This document shows, piece after piece, positions 1 through 12,480 of a stretch of 64,000 bases of DNA; position 1 is the stretch's first letter, and every line of letters starts with the position of its first letter. A model generated the notes under the pieces. That model worked only from the letters and a program-made list of their open reading frames with translations. It did not search any database and was not told the origin of the DNA. Location: contig OX597816.1 of NCBI GenBank assembly GCA_951406725.2, forward strand, positions 133,052,001 to 133,116,000. The letters are read 5' to 3'. Source of the stretch: Octopus vulgaris (Eukaryota). A program made the translations under genes and the position numbers.

Positions 1-23
1 AGTTGCGTTTTTATTAACTCATT

Positions 24-488
<465 letters not shown>

Positions 489-1249
489 AATAGCTGTCCA
501 CTCTTCACTGAGGAAGACCATTTTGGACCATTAAGAACATTGTGCTCTCAGGCAAATTCATACTTTACACTTGTGGCTCTGCTAGTAACTAATGATTTCA
601 GCTCTTGATAAACATAAATGACTGGAGATATCATTGTCTAAGCTTCTCCCATTCACTACACTGGCAGTGAATTTTCAAGTAACTCACTTAAATTCCACAT
701 AGAAAATGCATGTTTATTTAAAAATACCCACACTTTGCTTTACTTGTGTCATCTATTGGTGGCAATGACAAGCATTGCTTTCCAAGTTGACCTCACATTT
801 GAGACATGCTTCCAAAAGGAATTTACACAATCCTCAATTCATAGTCTTGGGTTTTTGCAGGCTGATCTTTTCATAAACAACTCACCATCAATTGCGAGAA
901 GACATAAGTCATCTTCCAACCATCACCAGTTGAGACAATTATTTAAGTGGAATATTTTTAACACTTATATGTGTAAACAGAAGCACACACACACATGCAA
1001 ACACACACACACACTCACACACATATATACTTACATATACAGTAAGAGTGACAACAAGAGTGATACATAAATATGTAAAGAAATATGACAAATTTTGATA
1101 GATTTAGCTGGATACTTATATAGTAACAGCTAAAGAGAAAAATTAAAAAGTGTGTGCGCGCACATGTGTGTACATGTATGAATAATATACTTAAAACTAA
1201 TATTTTGTAGAGTATAGGTTTTCTGTGTGTGTTCTCTTGTCTTCAACCC

Positions 1250-1700
1250 TTAACTCCTGATGGAGTCATATGGTTACTGTAGTGACATAATATACACGAG
1301 GTTTCTTCATCTGTTGAAGCTATGTATGAGAACTTGAGCATTCACTAACAATTTTTGTGTCCATTCTTTCACATTGTTCATTTTTTCCTCCTTGTGTTTC
1401 CTTCATTTCACATCCCCAGTTCCTTGAGGAATTTCTTTTCTTTTTGTATGACCACTGGATCTTGTTATATAACCATACTATCTCGTCTTTGTTTTCTTCC
1501 CTATTGTGAAAGCTTCAGTGATAGTAGTGAGTCCAGCATGATGCTGGATAATTTCATAAGCCCATTCATTTGAGATGTCTTCTAAGTACAAGATGCCTAA
1601 GCCAGAGCAGCACCAACTCCGTTCCATTGCCAGTAACTTTCTCTAAATCTTTGCCATGTGAGTCCATGTCTCACATGTGTACTCTTCCTCTTTCTGCCCT
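1250..1700 (-). mobile_element. Highly decayed 3' end of an RTE-clade LINE
   Basis: Minus-strand translation across frameshifts gives CETWT, LGI.YLEDISNE, YGYITR and NVKEWT in the order typical of the RTE ORF C-terminus. Confidence 0.55.
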
Positions 1701-1769
1701 CGTTTTGAAATTGATTATCTGTTTTATAGTTGAGTGATAGATAAAATAAATACCAGTCACATATTGGTT

Positions 1770-1933
1770 TCAAACTTTGGTATAAGGCCAGCAATTTAGA
1801 AGGAGGGGACCTCAGTGTTCAACTGGTACTTATTTTATCGACTCAGCAGAATTTGAACTCAGAACACAAAGATAGAAGAAAAGCCACTAGACATTTTGTC
1901 CAGTGTGCTAATGATTCTGCCTGCTCACCGCCT
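1770..1933 (-). mobile_element. tRNA-derived SINE family B (Nin-domain-like)
   Basis: Reverse complement matches the intact copy at 48041 (AGGCGG head, GAGTTCAAAT B-box, AATAAGTACCAG). Further minus-strand copies at ~14144-14358, 19480-19670, 35110-35330 and 42375-42545. Confidence 0.75.
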
Positions 1934-2154
1934 TAATTACCAGTTATATATTAAGGTTGATGCAATTCCCTTTGCTCTTCTGTGCTAACATTGTTACAGC
2001 CTTCTGCTAATACAAGAAATTGATATTTTTTTACCCTCTGCCAAAGTCCACCTTGTGTTTAATCCTTCTCAGGTGAATGTAAGGTACAGACTTTGTTAGT
2101 AAAGTACCAGAAATAGCTTATGCCTCCCTACTTTGTGAATCTTTATACACTATT

Positions 2155-2443
2155 CACCTGTGTCGGTGGCACATAAGAAAACACCATCCGAGTGTGGCCG
2201 TCTGCCAGCCTCGTCTGGCACCTGTGTCGGTGGCACATAAAAACACCATCCGAGCGTGGCCGTCTGCCAGCCTCGTCTGGCACCTGTGTCGGTGGCACAT
2301 AAAATCACCCACTACACTCTTGGAAACACTGCCAGATCTGACTGGCCTGGTGCAGCCTTCGAGCTTGCCAGACCCCAGTTGAACCGTCCAACCCATGCTA
2401 GCATGGAAAGCGGACGTTAAGCGATGATGATGATGATGATGAT
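2155..2443 (+). mobile_element. 5'-truncated RTE 3'-UTR fragment (family C) with ~63-bp tandem repeats and (GAT)n tail
   Basis: Matches 44340-44600; ends CCAACCCATGCTAGCATGGAAAGCGGACGTTAA(GAT)n. Confidence 0.85.
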
Positions 2444-3234
2444 TAGTAATATTTTTATTAGCAAAAACTGGACCTTTAGATTGGTTCTGATACATTGCCA
2501 CTGACAATATGAGTTCATTTTTAAAGACATTCAGTAAGTTAGGTAAATAAACAAGAGTCTGTTCAGTTAAAATATAAAGAATGCTTCTCAAGCATGCCTA
2601 GAAACATGTTTACAAGAGAGATCCTCTGTTTGCTGTTTGTTCATTCAACTAAAAAGCAAATATCAGCTAACTTCTCACAAATAACCCGTTTTTTTTAAAA
2701 AAGAAACACATCATACAATATTGTCCTTTATATGCAATATAAAGGATAGCTATGATTGCAATTTTTAACATTGTAGGTTTTCTAAGGCAGGGTTATCTTG
2801 GGGCTAAACCATGGCAACAACAAAAACTCCTCAAAATGTATTTTGTAAATGGTGTCTTTTTTCATTCCATTATTAATCATTATGAAATACAAAACATTCT
2901 ATGAAGAAGCTGAAGAATGAGTTTTGTGACATACAAAAGCAACAAAAATTTGTACAACTAATGTTAACCAAAACTATTAAAATGGTAATTGCTTGAATTT
3001 AAAAAAGGGATACATACACATCCATGAAAGGTCATACAGGATTGGTGAAAATGTCTCTTATTTAAATTTTATACATATATTCGTATATACTATTATTTAG
3101 AAAATTTTTACGTATATATCTATAAATGTATTTATAAGTATATGTGTATGTAGGTATAGTTGTATGTAGCTATTATTTATATGTCACTGTTTGCTTCTCT
3201 GTCTATCTCTATCGCTCTCTCTCTCTCTCTCTCT

Positions 3235-3277
<43 letters not shown>

Positions 3278-3315
3278 CACACACACATATCACTATTTGT
3301 CTATCTGCCTGTTTG

Positions 3316-3362
<47 letters not shown>

Positions 3363-3789
3363 GTCTAGAGGCCTTGAGACTTGAATAATATTATAAAAAG
3401 AACTATGGAGCATTACACAACAATTTACATTCTCAGATAGCTATTTACTTGGAGATATAATTATAGATATTTGGTATTAACCACAACCAAGATCAAATGA
3501 ATAGAAAAATTGTTTGCAACATGAAACAAGTGTGAAATAAGAAAATACACTCAAGGTGAAAAGAAGCTTAAATAAATAGTAATGGTCATCTAGTTAGAAA
3601 TTTCAATTCACAATCATGTGATTCTGGATAAAATTTGTGAATGCAACTCAAGAGTTTTGGCTAATTTTAATACCAGCTGACTGAATGAAGTCATGTGTGT
3701 GTGTGTGTGTACATATGAATGTATGCATATATATGCATGTATGTATATGCGCATATATGTAGTATACATGTATATATAATATACTTCTA

Positions 3790-4985
3790 ATATAAGGATA
3801 AAATTTTATTAAAAAATGTTATCAGTGGCCAGCATATGAAAAAAATACATTTTAAGGGGAAAATTGGGAAAATTATAAATAAGAGCAAAAGTAAAAATTT
3901 TCTTTTGCCAATATGCTGAAAAATAGATGTTAAATTGTCTAACCACATAAAATATTTTCACTATATTACTACACCAAGTGTTGAAACAAGGAAAGCAAAC
4001 TAACAGAAATTCATAAAAATTCTAGTCATCCCCAAATTGGTTCTGATATTTGGATTAATCCAAAAGAATTTTTCCTTCATCAGTGAGAAACGTAAAATTC
4101 ATCATCATCATCATCGTTTAATGTCCGCTTTCCATGCTAGCATGGGTTGGACGATTTGACTGTGTCTGGTGAACCAGATGGTTGCACCAGACTCCAATCT
4201 GATCTGGCAGAGTTTCTACAGCTGGATGCCCTTCCTATCGCCAACCACTCCGAGAGTGTAGTGGGTGCTTTTATGTGCCACCGGCACAAGGGCCAGTCAG
4301 GTGGTACTGGCAACAGCCACGCTCAAATGGTGCTTTTTATGTGCCATCTGCACAGGAGCCAGTCCAGCAGCACTGGCAACGACCTTGCTCGAATGATTTT
4401 TCACGTGCCACCAGCACAAGTGCCAGTAAGGCGATGCAGATAACGATCATGCTCAAATGGTGTTTTTTACGTGCCACTAACATGGAGGCCAGCTTGTTGC
4501 TCTGGCAATGATCACACTTGGATGGTACACTTAGCACTCCACTAGCATGGATGCCAGTTATCAAATTTGATTAAGCATTTATAATTTTCACTTTAAAAGG
4601 TATTTTTCATATGCTGGCGACTGATAAATTAATTCTCATTCACTTCAAGACTGGTTAACCACTTGCGTGCATTTCTTGACTAGCTAAACATATATCAAGG
4701 CTTACTATGGAATTTCTTCTTGGCTATATTTAGGGTACTTAAATGTATTATGACTTTGCATCTGCTTTTCTGTGGGTATGAAGCAAAAATCCTTTTGGAT
4801 TAATCCAAAAATTGGAACCAATTCGGAGATAACAAAAATTTTATGAATTTCGGCTAGCTTGCTTTCTTCATTTCAACACATGGTAAGAATATAGTAAGAA
4901 TATTTTATGTGGTTAGACAATTTAGTGTCTATTTTTCAGCATATTGTCTAAGAAATTTTTTTCTTTTGCTCTTATTCATAATTGT
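3790..4985. mobile_element. Old Penelope-like inverted-repeat element (arms ~3870-4080 and ~4778-4983) interrupted by a family C insertion
   Basis: Arms are diverged reverse complements (TTGTCTAACCACATAAAATATT / AATATTTTATGTGGTTAGACAA). Decayed CTGATGA hammerhead start on the minus strand at ~4083. Confidence 0.6.
4101..4570 (-). mobile_element. Family C RTE 3'-UTR fragment with degenerate ~60-bp repeats
   Basis: Reverse complement of the 44100-44600 sequence; (ATC)n at the left end. Confidence 0.85.
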
Positions 4986-5002
4986 TTGTAATATATAATA
5001 TA

Positions 5003-5035
<33 letters not shown>

Positions 5036-5133
5036 TATATATGTACATGTGTGTGTGCATGTATATATTTATATGTGTGAATGTGTATATATGTGTTTGT
5101 GTTCATACATACATGCATGTGTATATGCATACA

Positions 5134-5172
<39 letters not shown>

Positions 5173-5213
5173 GCATACATACATATATATATATGTGTAT
5201 ATGTATGTATATG

Positions 5214-5376
5214 GAGGCGCAGGAGTGGCTGTGTGGTAAGTAGCTTGATTACCAACCACATGGTTCCGGGTTCAGTCCCACTGCTTGACATCTTGGGCAA
5301 GTGTCTTCTGCTGTAGCCTCGGGCCAACCAAAGCCGTGTGAGTGGATTTGGTAGACGGAAACTGAAAGAAGCCTGT

Positions 5377-5413
<37 letters not shown>

Positions 5414-5598
5414 ATATGTTTGTGTGTCTCTGTTTGTCCCCCCCAGCATTGCTTGACAACTGATGCTGGTGTGTTTATGTCCCCGTCATTTAGCGGTTCG
5501 GCAAAAGAGAACGATAGAATAAGTACTGGGCTTACAAAGAATATGTCCCGGGGTCGATTTGCTCGACTAAAGGCAGTGCTCCAGCATGGCCACAGTCA
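5214..5598 (+). mobile_element. tRNA-derived CORE-type SINE family A with internal (TA)n/(TG)n
   Basis: GTGGCTGTGTGGTAAG A-box-like, GGTTCAGTCCC B-box-like, CTTGGGCAAGT core-like and AATAAGTAC motifs. Other copies at ~10475, 23605-24450, 24845-25218, 29815-30170 and 40015. Confidence 0.85.
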
Positions 5599-5606
5599 TG
5601 TATATA

Positions 5607-5637
<31 letters not shown>

Positions 5638-5641
5638 AAAG

Positions 5642-5690
<49 letters not shown>

Positions 5691-6645
5691 TGTATGTATG
5701 TATGTATGTATGTATTTATGTGTGCATGTATGTATGTATGTATGTATGTATGTATGTATGTATGTATGTATTCATGCAAGCAGAAAGAAAGCAAAGACTG
5801 AAAATTTTCAGAAAATGAATATCCAAGTATAAATATGCAGATAATTATATACCAAAAGATCAACCTTACACAGGGTACAAACGGCAGAGAAAATTAAAGG
5901 GGAGGAAGTAAGGTGTTATAAGTTCAACAGGTGTTTCTGGTGGCCCAGAGATCCATCATTGACTACATATCTGCTTTGCTGAGGAGGTCAGTAAGATCAA
6001 ACCATGACTGATGCTTTCACTAGTTTGCTTTAAATTCAAGATCCACCCTCATTGACATCATCTTTTATTAAAAATAACATTGGAATGGCTGATCTTAATG
6101 GAGATTACTTTTTACTCAGGGAGATTTTGTCTTATAATTGCATTAATAATATCAGTTAAATTAAGTTTTTCATTTTATTCTATTATATATATATATATAT
6201 ATATAACTTTAGGGTGTGTACTAATACATCTTATTCATCACCTTTCTCCTTCTCTCTAACTCTCTTTATCCTTCACTATCTCCCTCTCTCCCCTTCTCTC
6301 TTTCTCTTTCCTTTTCCTCTCCTTTTCCAACTGGAGTAGTCACATAGCTTCTCCACTACAAGACATGTGTTTCTATCCTCTCTCATATTTTAATCTTTCA
6401 TCACATGACACAAAGCCACCTCCCTCAATATTACTCTCCACCTCTGTTTGGAAGTCTTATCTTACAAGCTACTTGGTAACCTCACTGCTGCTAGTGTCAT
6501 CTAAAATGCACCCAGTACACTCTGTAAAGTGGTTAGTGTTAGGAAGATGGATCCAGTCACAGAAACGATGCCAAAGCAGACATTGAAGCTTGATGATTTT
6601 TTGGCTCACTAGCTCCTGATAAATCGTCTAACTCATGCCAGTAAG

Positions 6646-6850
6646 TATGAGGAGGTGCTGAAAAGTTCCTGGCTTTGCGTAAAAGAAGATACAGGAGGAT
6701 CAGTTAATTATGACTTTATTCAATGTATTCTCCTCTCAGATTCGCACACATATTGCAGCAGTCCTTTGGCTTTCCTAAGACCTGTAAAAGAATTCAGAAG
6801 GTTTAGCCTCCAGCCAGGTCTTTTGCAATATCCTTAAAGCACCTCTTGTA
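6646..6850. mobile_element. Mariner-derived MITE
   Basis: TIR TATGAGGAGGTGCTGAAAAGTTCCTGGCTT; reverse-orientation relative of 63781-64000; contains a mariner C-terminal remnant. Confidence 0.7.
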
Positions 6851-6924
6851 AGGCAGGCATTAAATGGCAATAACGACAACGATGAGGATGATGAACACTC
6901 CTTTGAAATATTTTCCCTCAGATA

Positions 6925-8215
6925 TTCTTTTATTCTTTTACTTGTTTCAGTCATTTGACTGTGACCATGCTGGGGCACCACCTTTAAGGGTTTTAGTTGA
7001 ACAAATCATCCCTAGGACTGATTTCTTAAGCCTAATACTTATTTTATCGGTACCTTTTGCTGAACCACTAAGTTACAGAGTTGTAAACACACCAACACCA
7101 GTTGTCAAACGTTGTTGGGGCACAAACACTGACACAAAGACACACACATAAATATATACATATACAGGGTGTGGCAAAATGATTTGACACATTTGTGGGT
7201 TTAATAAAAGCAAAAGAGAATAAAAATCAAAACATGTGTTTTTATTTTCAAAATGTACATATAATGCCATTTTGTGTAATTTGGTTTTAAAATTAAATCA
7301 TTCAAGTGGGTGCTGTTACTGTCCATACACTGTCGAAGGCGTTCATGAAAGTTGTCCATAACTTGATGGGTCACTTCATATGGAATGGCAGCAATTTCTT
7401 GGTAAATGGCATCTTTTAATTGTTCAATAGATGGAGGACAATGAGTGTATACTTCTGATTTCATGTATCCCCACATAAAAAACCACATGGGTTCAAATCA
7501 GGTGATGGAGGGGGAGCTAACCACTGTCACTATGCAATGAGATCAAATGATCAGGAAACATCTCTCTCAAAATCCCTTTCGCACATCGAGAAGTGTGGGC
7601 TGTTGCCCCATCCTGTTGAAGCCAAACATTGTCCCTATCATCATATTCATTCAATTTGGGCTTCAGAAAAGTCTCTAGCATCACACTATATTGATCAGAG
7701 TTCAAAGTCACTATAACATTGTCTTCTCTGAAGAAGTATGGACCCCAAATGGAGAATTCTGCTATCATAGAATTTCATGTGGATACAGGATCATGTCTAC
7801 CTAGCACATGGAACACTCTTCATATTGCAGTTATGGATTCGTTGTTCTTGATAAACATTTCCACAATGAAAGTGTGATACTTGCCCGTCCAATACATGTT
7901 GGCAACTAAAAGCAAAATGAAACAAAATGTCACAAATTGCACTTATTGAAACAAAATGGCATTTTATGTACATTTCAAATATAAAAACACATTTTTCGTT
8001 CTTTACTCTGTTTCACTTTTATTAAACCTACAAATGTGTTGCATCATTTTGTTGCACCCTACAACAGGATTCTTTCACTTTCCATCTAGCAAATCCACTC
8101 ACAAGGCTTTGGTCGGTCCAAGTTTATAGTAGAAGATACTTTCGCAAGTAGTCACAAAGTGGGATTGAACCCAGAGCCATGCAGTTGGGAAACAAGCTTC
8201 TTACCACACAGCCAT
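6925..8215 (-). mobile_element. SINE family A copy split by the DD41D transposon
   Basis: 3' half at 6925-7160 and 5' half at 8062-8215 are collinear with the family A sequence. Confidence 0.75.
7165..8061 (-). mobile_element. Internally deleted Tc1/mariner-superfamily element, DD41D (rosa/Visitor type), ~110-bp TIRs
   Basis: TA|CAGGGTG...CACCCT ends; remnants WLQQDGATAHTS, SPDLNP and FFMWGYMKSEVY; 41 residues between second and third catalytic positions after repairing one frameshift. Confidence 0.8.
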
Positions 8216-9019
8216 ACATGTAGGTTATTGATTTATAAGTCTTATATGCAGTAACTTATAAACTTTATTTAGTTTAATCTAACTTCTGAAAACCAGAAGG
8301 TACTAACTGTAGGATGATTAAATGCTCAGCATTGATCAAACTAAAATTTAATGAAGGAAGCAGTTAAATGGTTCATTGTTGAGATTTTATCTTTTAATCA
8401 ATACAAAGACAATTTCAGTTCTCTCTAGTTGTAAAAGCAATGTCCTCAATAAGAAAACCACATTGGTTAAAGAAACATTGTGAGAGGTAGAACAAAAGTA
8501 AATGCATTTATTCCCTGAAGGAGATATTTGTTACTCATCAATATAGACCTATTTTTTATCATCTGTTTTACATGAAGTCTTCTTTCTGGTTTACCCTGCA
8601 AACAAAAGGTAATAAAGAAACAATAAAAAAACATAAAAATATAAAAAAATAAAAGAATATTTCCTCTCTTTGCTTGTCCCATTAACTACAGAACATTGAC
8701 CAGCTAGTGAAAGCAGCTAGCAACAAAGAAATTATGACAATTATTAGACCATAACCATTAACATATACTTGCCGACACTTGCATGCAATGTCATACAACA
8801 CAAACAATACTTTAGTACTTGAATTACACTTGTAAACAGATTGTGTAATTTTCAAGTGATATTGGTAATGTTTGTGCTATTTATTTATGTCTTTATTTAT
8901 TTAATTTACTTGTGAATGTGCTGGTGATTTCATTAAATCAGGTAAATCAGGAGAGTTGAATTTAGAGTAGAGGAAAAATATTTCAGGACTAATTACTTTA
9001 TCAGTCTCATCACATTGAC

Positions 9020-10063
9020 AATTATAATGATGAAGATCACTAACAGCATCATCATCATGATCACTAACATCATCATGTTGTTTGTAGTCATCATTGTCAT
9101 AGTGGTTGATGTTGGCATTATTGGAATTGACATTGTCATCCTCATCATCATCATCATCATCCCCGCTAACATTATCATCAGTGGTACTTCTCTCATGTGC
9201 TGGATCATCATCACCATCATTGTCTTTGCCTTTGTCTTTATCATCATTATTGTCATCACTGTCATCATTCTCATCATCATTGTCATTTTCATCAACATGA
9301 TCATCATCATCATCGTCATAATCATCATTATCCTCCTCGTTCTCCTCCTCCTCCCCATCATCATCATCGTAGTCATCAACATTATAATTATCATCATCAT
9401 CAGTGTTGTTGTCATTGTTGTCTTTGTTGTGGTCATCAGCGTCTTTGTTATTGTCATCGTCATCTTTGTTGTTGTCATCATCAATGTGGTTATTGTCATC
9501 ATTGTTGTCACCGTCATCATAGTTGATGTCATTGTTGTTATTGTTGTTGTCATTGTCATTATCATTGTCATCTTTGTTGCTGCCATTGATGTCATTGTAG
9601 TTGTCATCGTTGTTGTTGTCATCGTCATCTTTGTTGTCATCATCATCTTTGTTGTTGTCATTGTTGTCTTTGTTGATGTCATCGTCATCCTTGTTATTGT
9701 CATCGTTGTTGTTGTTATTGTCGGTGTTGTTATTGCCATCATCGTCATTGTTGTCATCATCATTGTCGTTGTCATCATCATCATTGTTGTTGTTATCTTT
9801 GTCATTGTTGTCATCATCATCTTTGTTGTTGTCATCGTCATCTTTGTTATTGTTGTTGTCATTGTTATTGCCATCCTCATCATTGTTGTTGTCACTATTG
9901 TCAATGTTGTCATCATTGCAATTGTTGTCATCATCATAAGTGTTATTGTCATCATCATTGATGTTGCCATTATCATTGTTGTTGTTGTCATCATCATTGC
10001 TTTTGTTTTCATTGTCATCATTGTAGTTGTCATTGCCTTTGACATTGTTCTAATCATCATTGC

Positions 10064-10112
<49 letters not shown>

Positions 10113-10120
10113 TTCATCAT
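9020..10120. repeat. 1.1-kb cryptic trinucleotide array (ATC/GTT/GTC)n
   Basis: Phase-conserved triplet array; generates ORFs 8993..10120 and 9015..10136. Confidence 0.9.
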
Positions 10121-11964
10121 AAGTATTTTAGTGTAATGATTTTTTTTTTCTCTCAGCCTAGATAAGCTTTTCTATTTGTGGCTTGTTTCTCTGACATCTC
10201 TTTGTACATTCAAAATTCTCAGATTTCATCTCAGTACACATGGATAGCTTTCACAATCTATTCTCAGAACTTCTACTCTTGCCCAATAATGTACAGTTCC
10301 AATTTGTTTCACTACAGCACTCTCCATTCAATATCATACATGGTCCTTATGTCTCATATAGTTTTTTATGGACAGGCAGAAACCTCTCACTCCTTGCAGA
10401 AGCAACTGTTCTCTATTCTTCCATTCTGTTCTTGACATAACCATTTAGTTTTCAACAGATTTCCTGCCAACTGGCACGGCTGGGTGGTTAAGAAGCTCAC
10501 TTTTCAACCAAGTAGTTTCAGGTTCAGTCCCACTGCATGGCACTTTGAATAAGTGTCTTCTACTTTAGCCCCAATTTGACCAATGCTTTGAAAGTGAGTT
10601 TGGTTGAAGGAAACTGTGAGGAAGCCCCATCATTATGTGTGTGTGTGTTGCATGTGTATGTGTCTGTGTCTCTGTATATGTGTGTGTATGTAAGTGAGTG
10701 TATGTGTATATGCATGTATCCTGGATAGTCTGTTGAACTACTTGATGTGTGAGAAAAGGTTTAATACATGTATATCTTTTCATAAGCAGAGCCATATAAT
10801 CTCTCTCCTTGCCCTCACCTGGATTATCTTCAGCAACAAAGAAATACTGTTTGACTTTACAAAATTCTCCCATTTAAATTTTTCATGTAACTGTGATAGA
10901 TATAAAACTTCCACCTTTTCATTTAGTATTCAAGGAGGTTAACTTTCACACAACTTCCATATGAATAGGTCACAGTATTTCATTGTGTAAAAATTGCTAT
11001 GATTATTGTTGTTGCTGTTGTTGTTATTAATACTGCTGTCTTGAAGTTTAACTTGTGTATTTAGGTCATGTTCTATTAATTGTTCACTGAAGTGTTTGTT
11101 TTCTTCTTCCTTTTGTACATTTAGTTTTCTGTTTTGATTTTGCATTGTGTTGTTTTTTTCTGCCTCAGTTGTATGTAGTTTTGTTGCATAATTATACGTG
11201 GTAGCCATTTTTGATGACAAAATGTAATGCGTACAAAAAATCTTTTAAATTTGTGAAACAAATCTTGCTTTTTACTGTCGTCTACTTCTCCCAGGCACTG
11301 AAGGCAGCTCTTCCTTAAGCAGGTACACCAATGAAACATTTAGTTAGTGAAGCTTGACTGGATCATGTTTTGAAGAGAGAATCAGATACACCTTTGCACG
11401 TGACAATGATGATGATGAGAAAGATGATTAAGAGGAGCACAACAGTGATGGAGGTGGTAGCAAGAGTGGTAGTGGCTTGTTTAGTTTCTTTCACCTCCCA
11501 CTACTGATTGCATGTAATAAAATCATCAAACAGTTACTTTGTATAAATTTACTGCTTTTACATTTGTCTGTACTTTTTGCCTATAGCATTACCAACATTG
11601 TAAGACTAGTTGTATATAGAATTTAAATAAATCAGTCCGTGGACCATTTTACAATTTAATGGCATTGAATTTACAAAATAATTTAAAGCAAAAACAATGG
11701 CAAAATAGAAATATTGTGAAGAAAGTTTGAATTGAAAAAAAATATGAAGAGAAAAATCATATTCCATCCATTCCTTTTTTTAGATTTTACAGAATGATTG
11801 AGAAGAATCAATGTGCCATTTGTCTGCTTTACAGACTTCTGGAACAAAAAGTAAACCACTCATATTATTGTTGCTGCTACTTCGCTCCAAAACAGGATAA
11901 ATTGCTTTAGTTCCATCCTGAAATTGTGTACTATGGAGTAAATATAACTCATTCATCTAAACTC

Positions 11965-12190
11965 AAGGTGGTATATGGTTTAGTGATTAGAGTGTTGGAC
12001 TCATGGTTGTAAGGTTGTAGTTTCAATTGCTGGAGTGGGCAACTCATTGTGTTCTTGAGCAAAACACTTCATTTCACATAGTTCCAGTCCACCCAGCAAG
12101 TAAAAATGAGTAATCTCGCAATGGACCAGTGTCCCATCTAGGGAGGAATATATGCCAGAAAAATCTGGGAAACTGGCCCTATTCTCCTTA
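11965..12190 (+). mobile_element. tRNA-derived SINE family D (TGTG(T/C)TCTTGAGCAA(A/G)ACACTT core)
   Basis: tRNA-like head plus core; related minus-strand copies at ~22690-23000, 39385-39680, 54190-55490 (split), 59838-60087 and 60807-61105. Confidence 0.65.
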
Positions 12191-12249
12191 CAGAGTAATG
12201 TGAACTAATGTGGACTATAATTAAGATTGTGATCATTAAGTTCATATAC

Positions 12250-12480
12250 AAGGGAAGCTCTTTGTGGTTATTTGACCTGCTGGAAATAGCTGTCTAAATT
12301 CCTCTCAAATTACGTACAATCATTTTTAAAAGGGAGGATATGTTAGATAATATAGTCATGCGTACACTATGTCTGGTGGGAAAAGAATAAAGATGGGATG
12401 ATCACAGCTTGAATGCCTTTGATCATAGTTCTGCTTGCTCAAAGCTGACCTGGGACCAAAAAATAACAATAACAATAAAA
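12250..12480 (+). mobile_element. Old ~230-bp interspersed repeat (family E) with (AAC/AAT)n tail
   Basis: GACCTGCT(A/G)GAAATAGC...CCTCAAAT...TTTGATCA...CTAAACAACAAC recurs at ~2640-2822, 14020, 18975-19160 (-), 36745-37070, 40360, 42110-42290 and 62075. Confidence 0.55.

Noticed and set aside
500-545. CTGAGGA-agacc hammerhead-like start
   Set aside because: No GAAA core or stem I partner recoverable.
5214-5290. tRNA gene
   Set aside because: Has A/B-box-like motifs but no full cloverleaf and continues into a SINE body; the same applies at 48041 and 11965.
8993-10136. 375-aa Met/Thr-rich and 373-aa Ile/Val-rich ORFs
   Set aside because: Automatic products of a phase-conserved (ATC/GTT)n array with no domain content.
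10565-11339. Minus-strand ORFs in unique-looking sequence as possible host exons
   Set aside because: No recognisable domain or convincing splice-site pair; partly low complexity.
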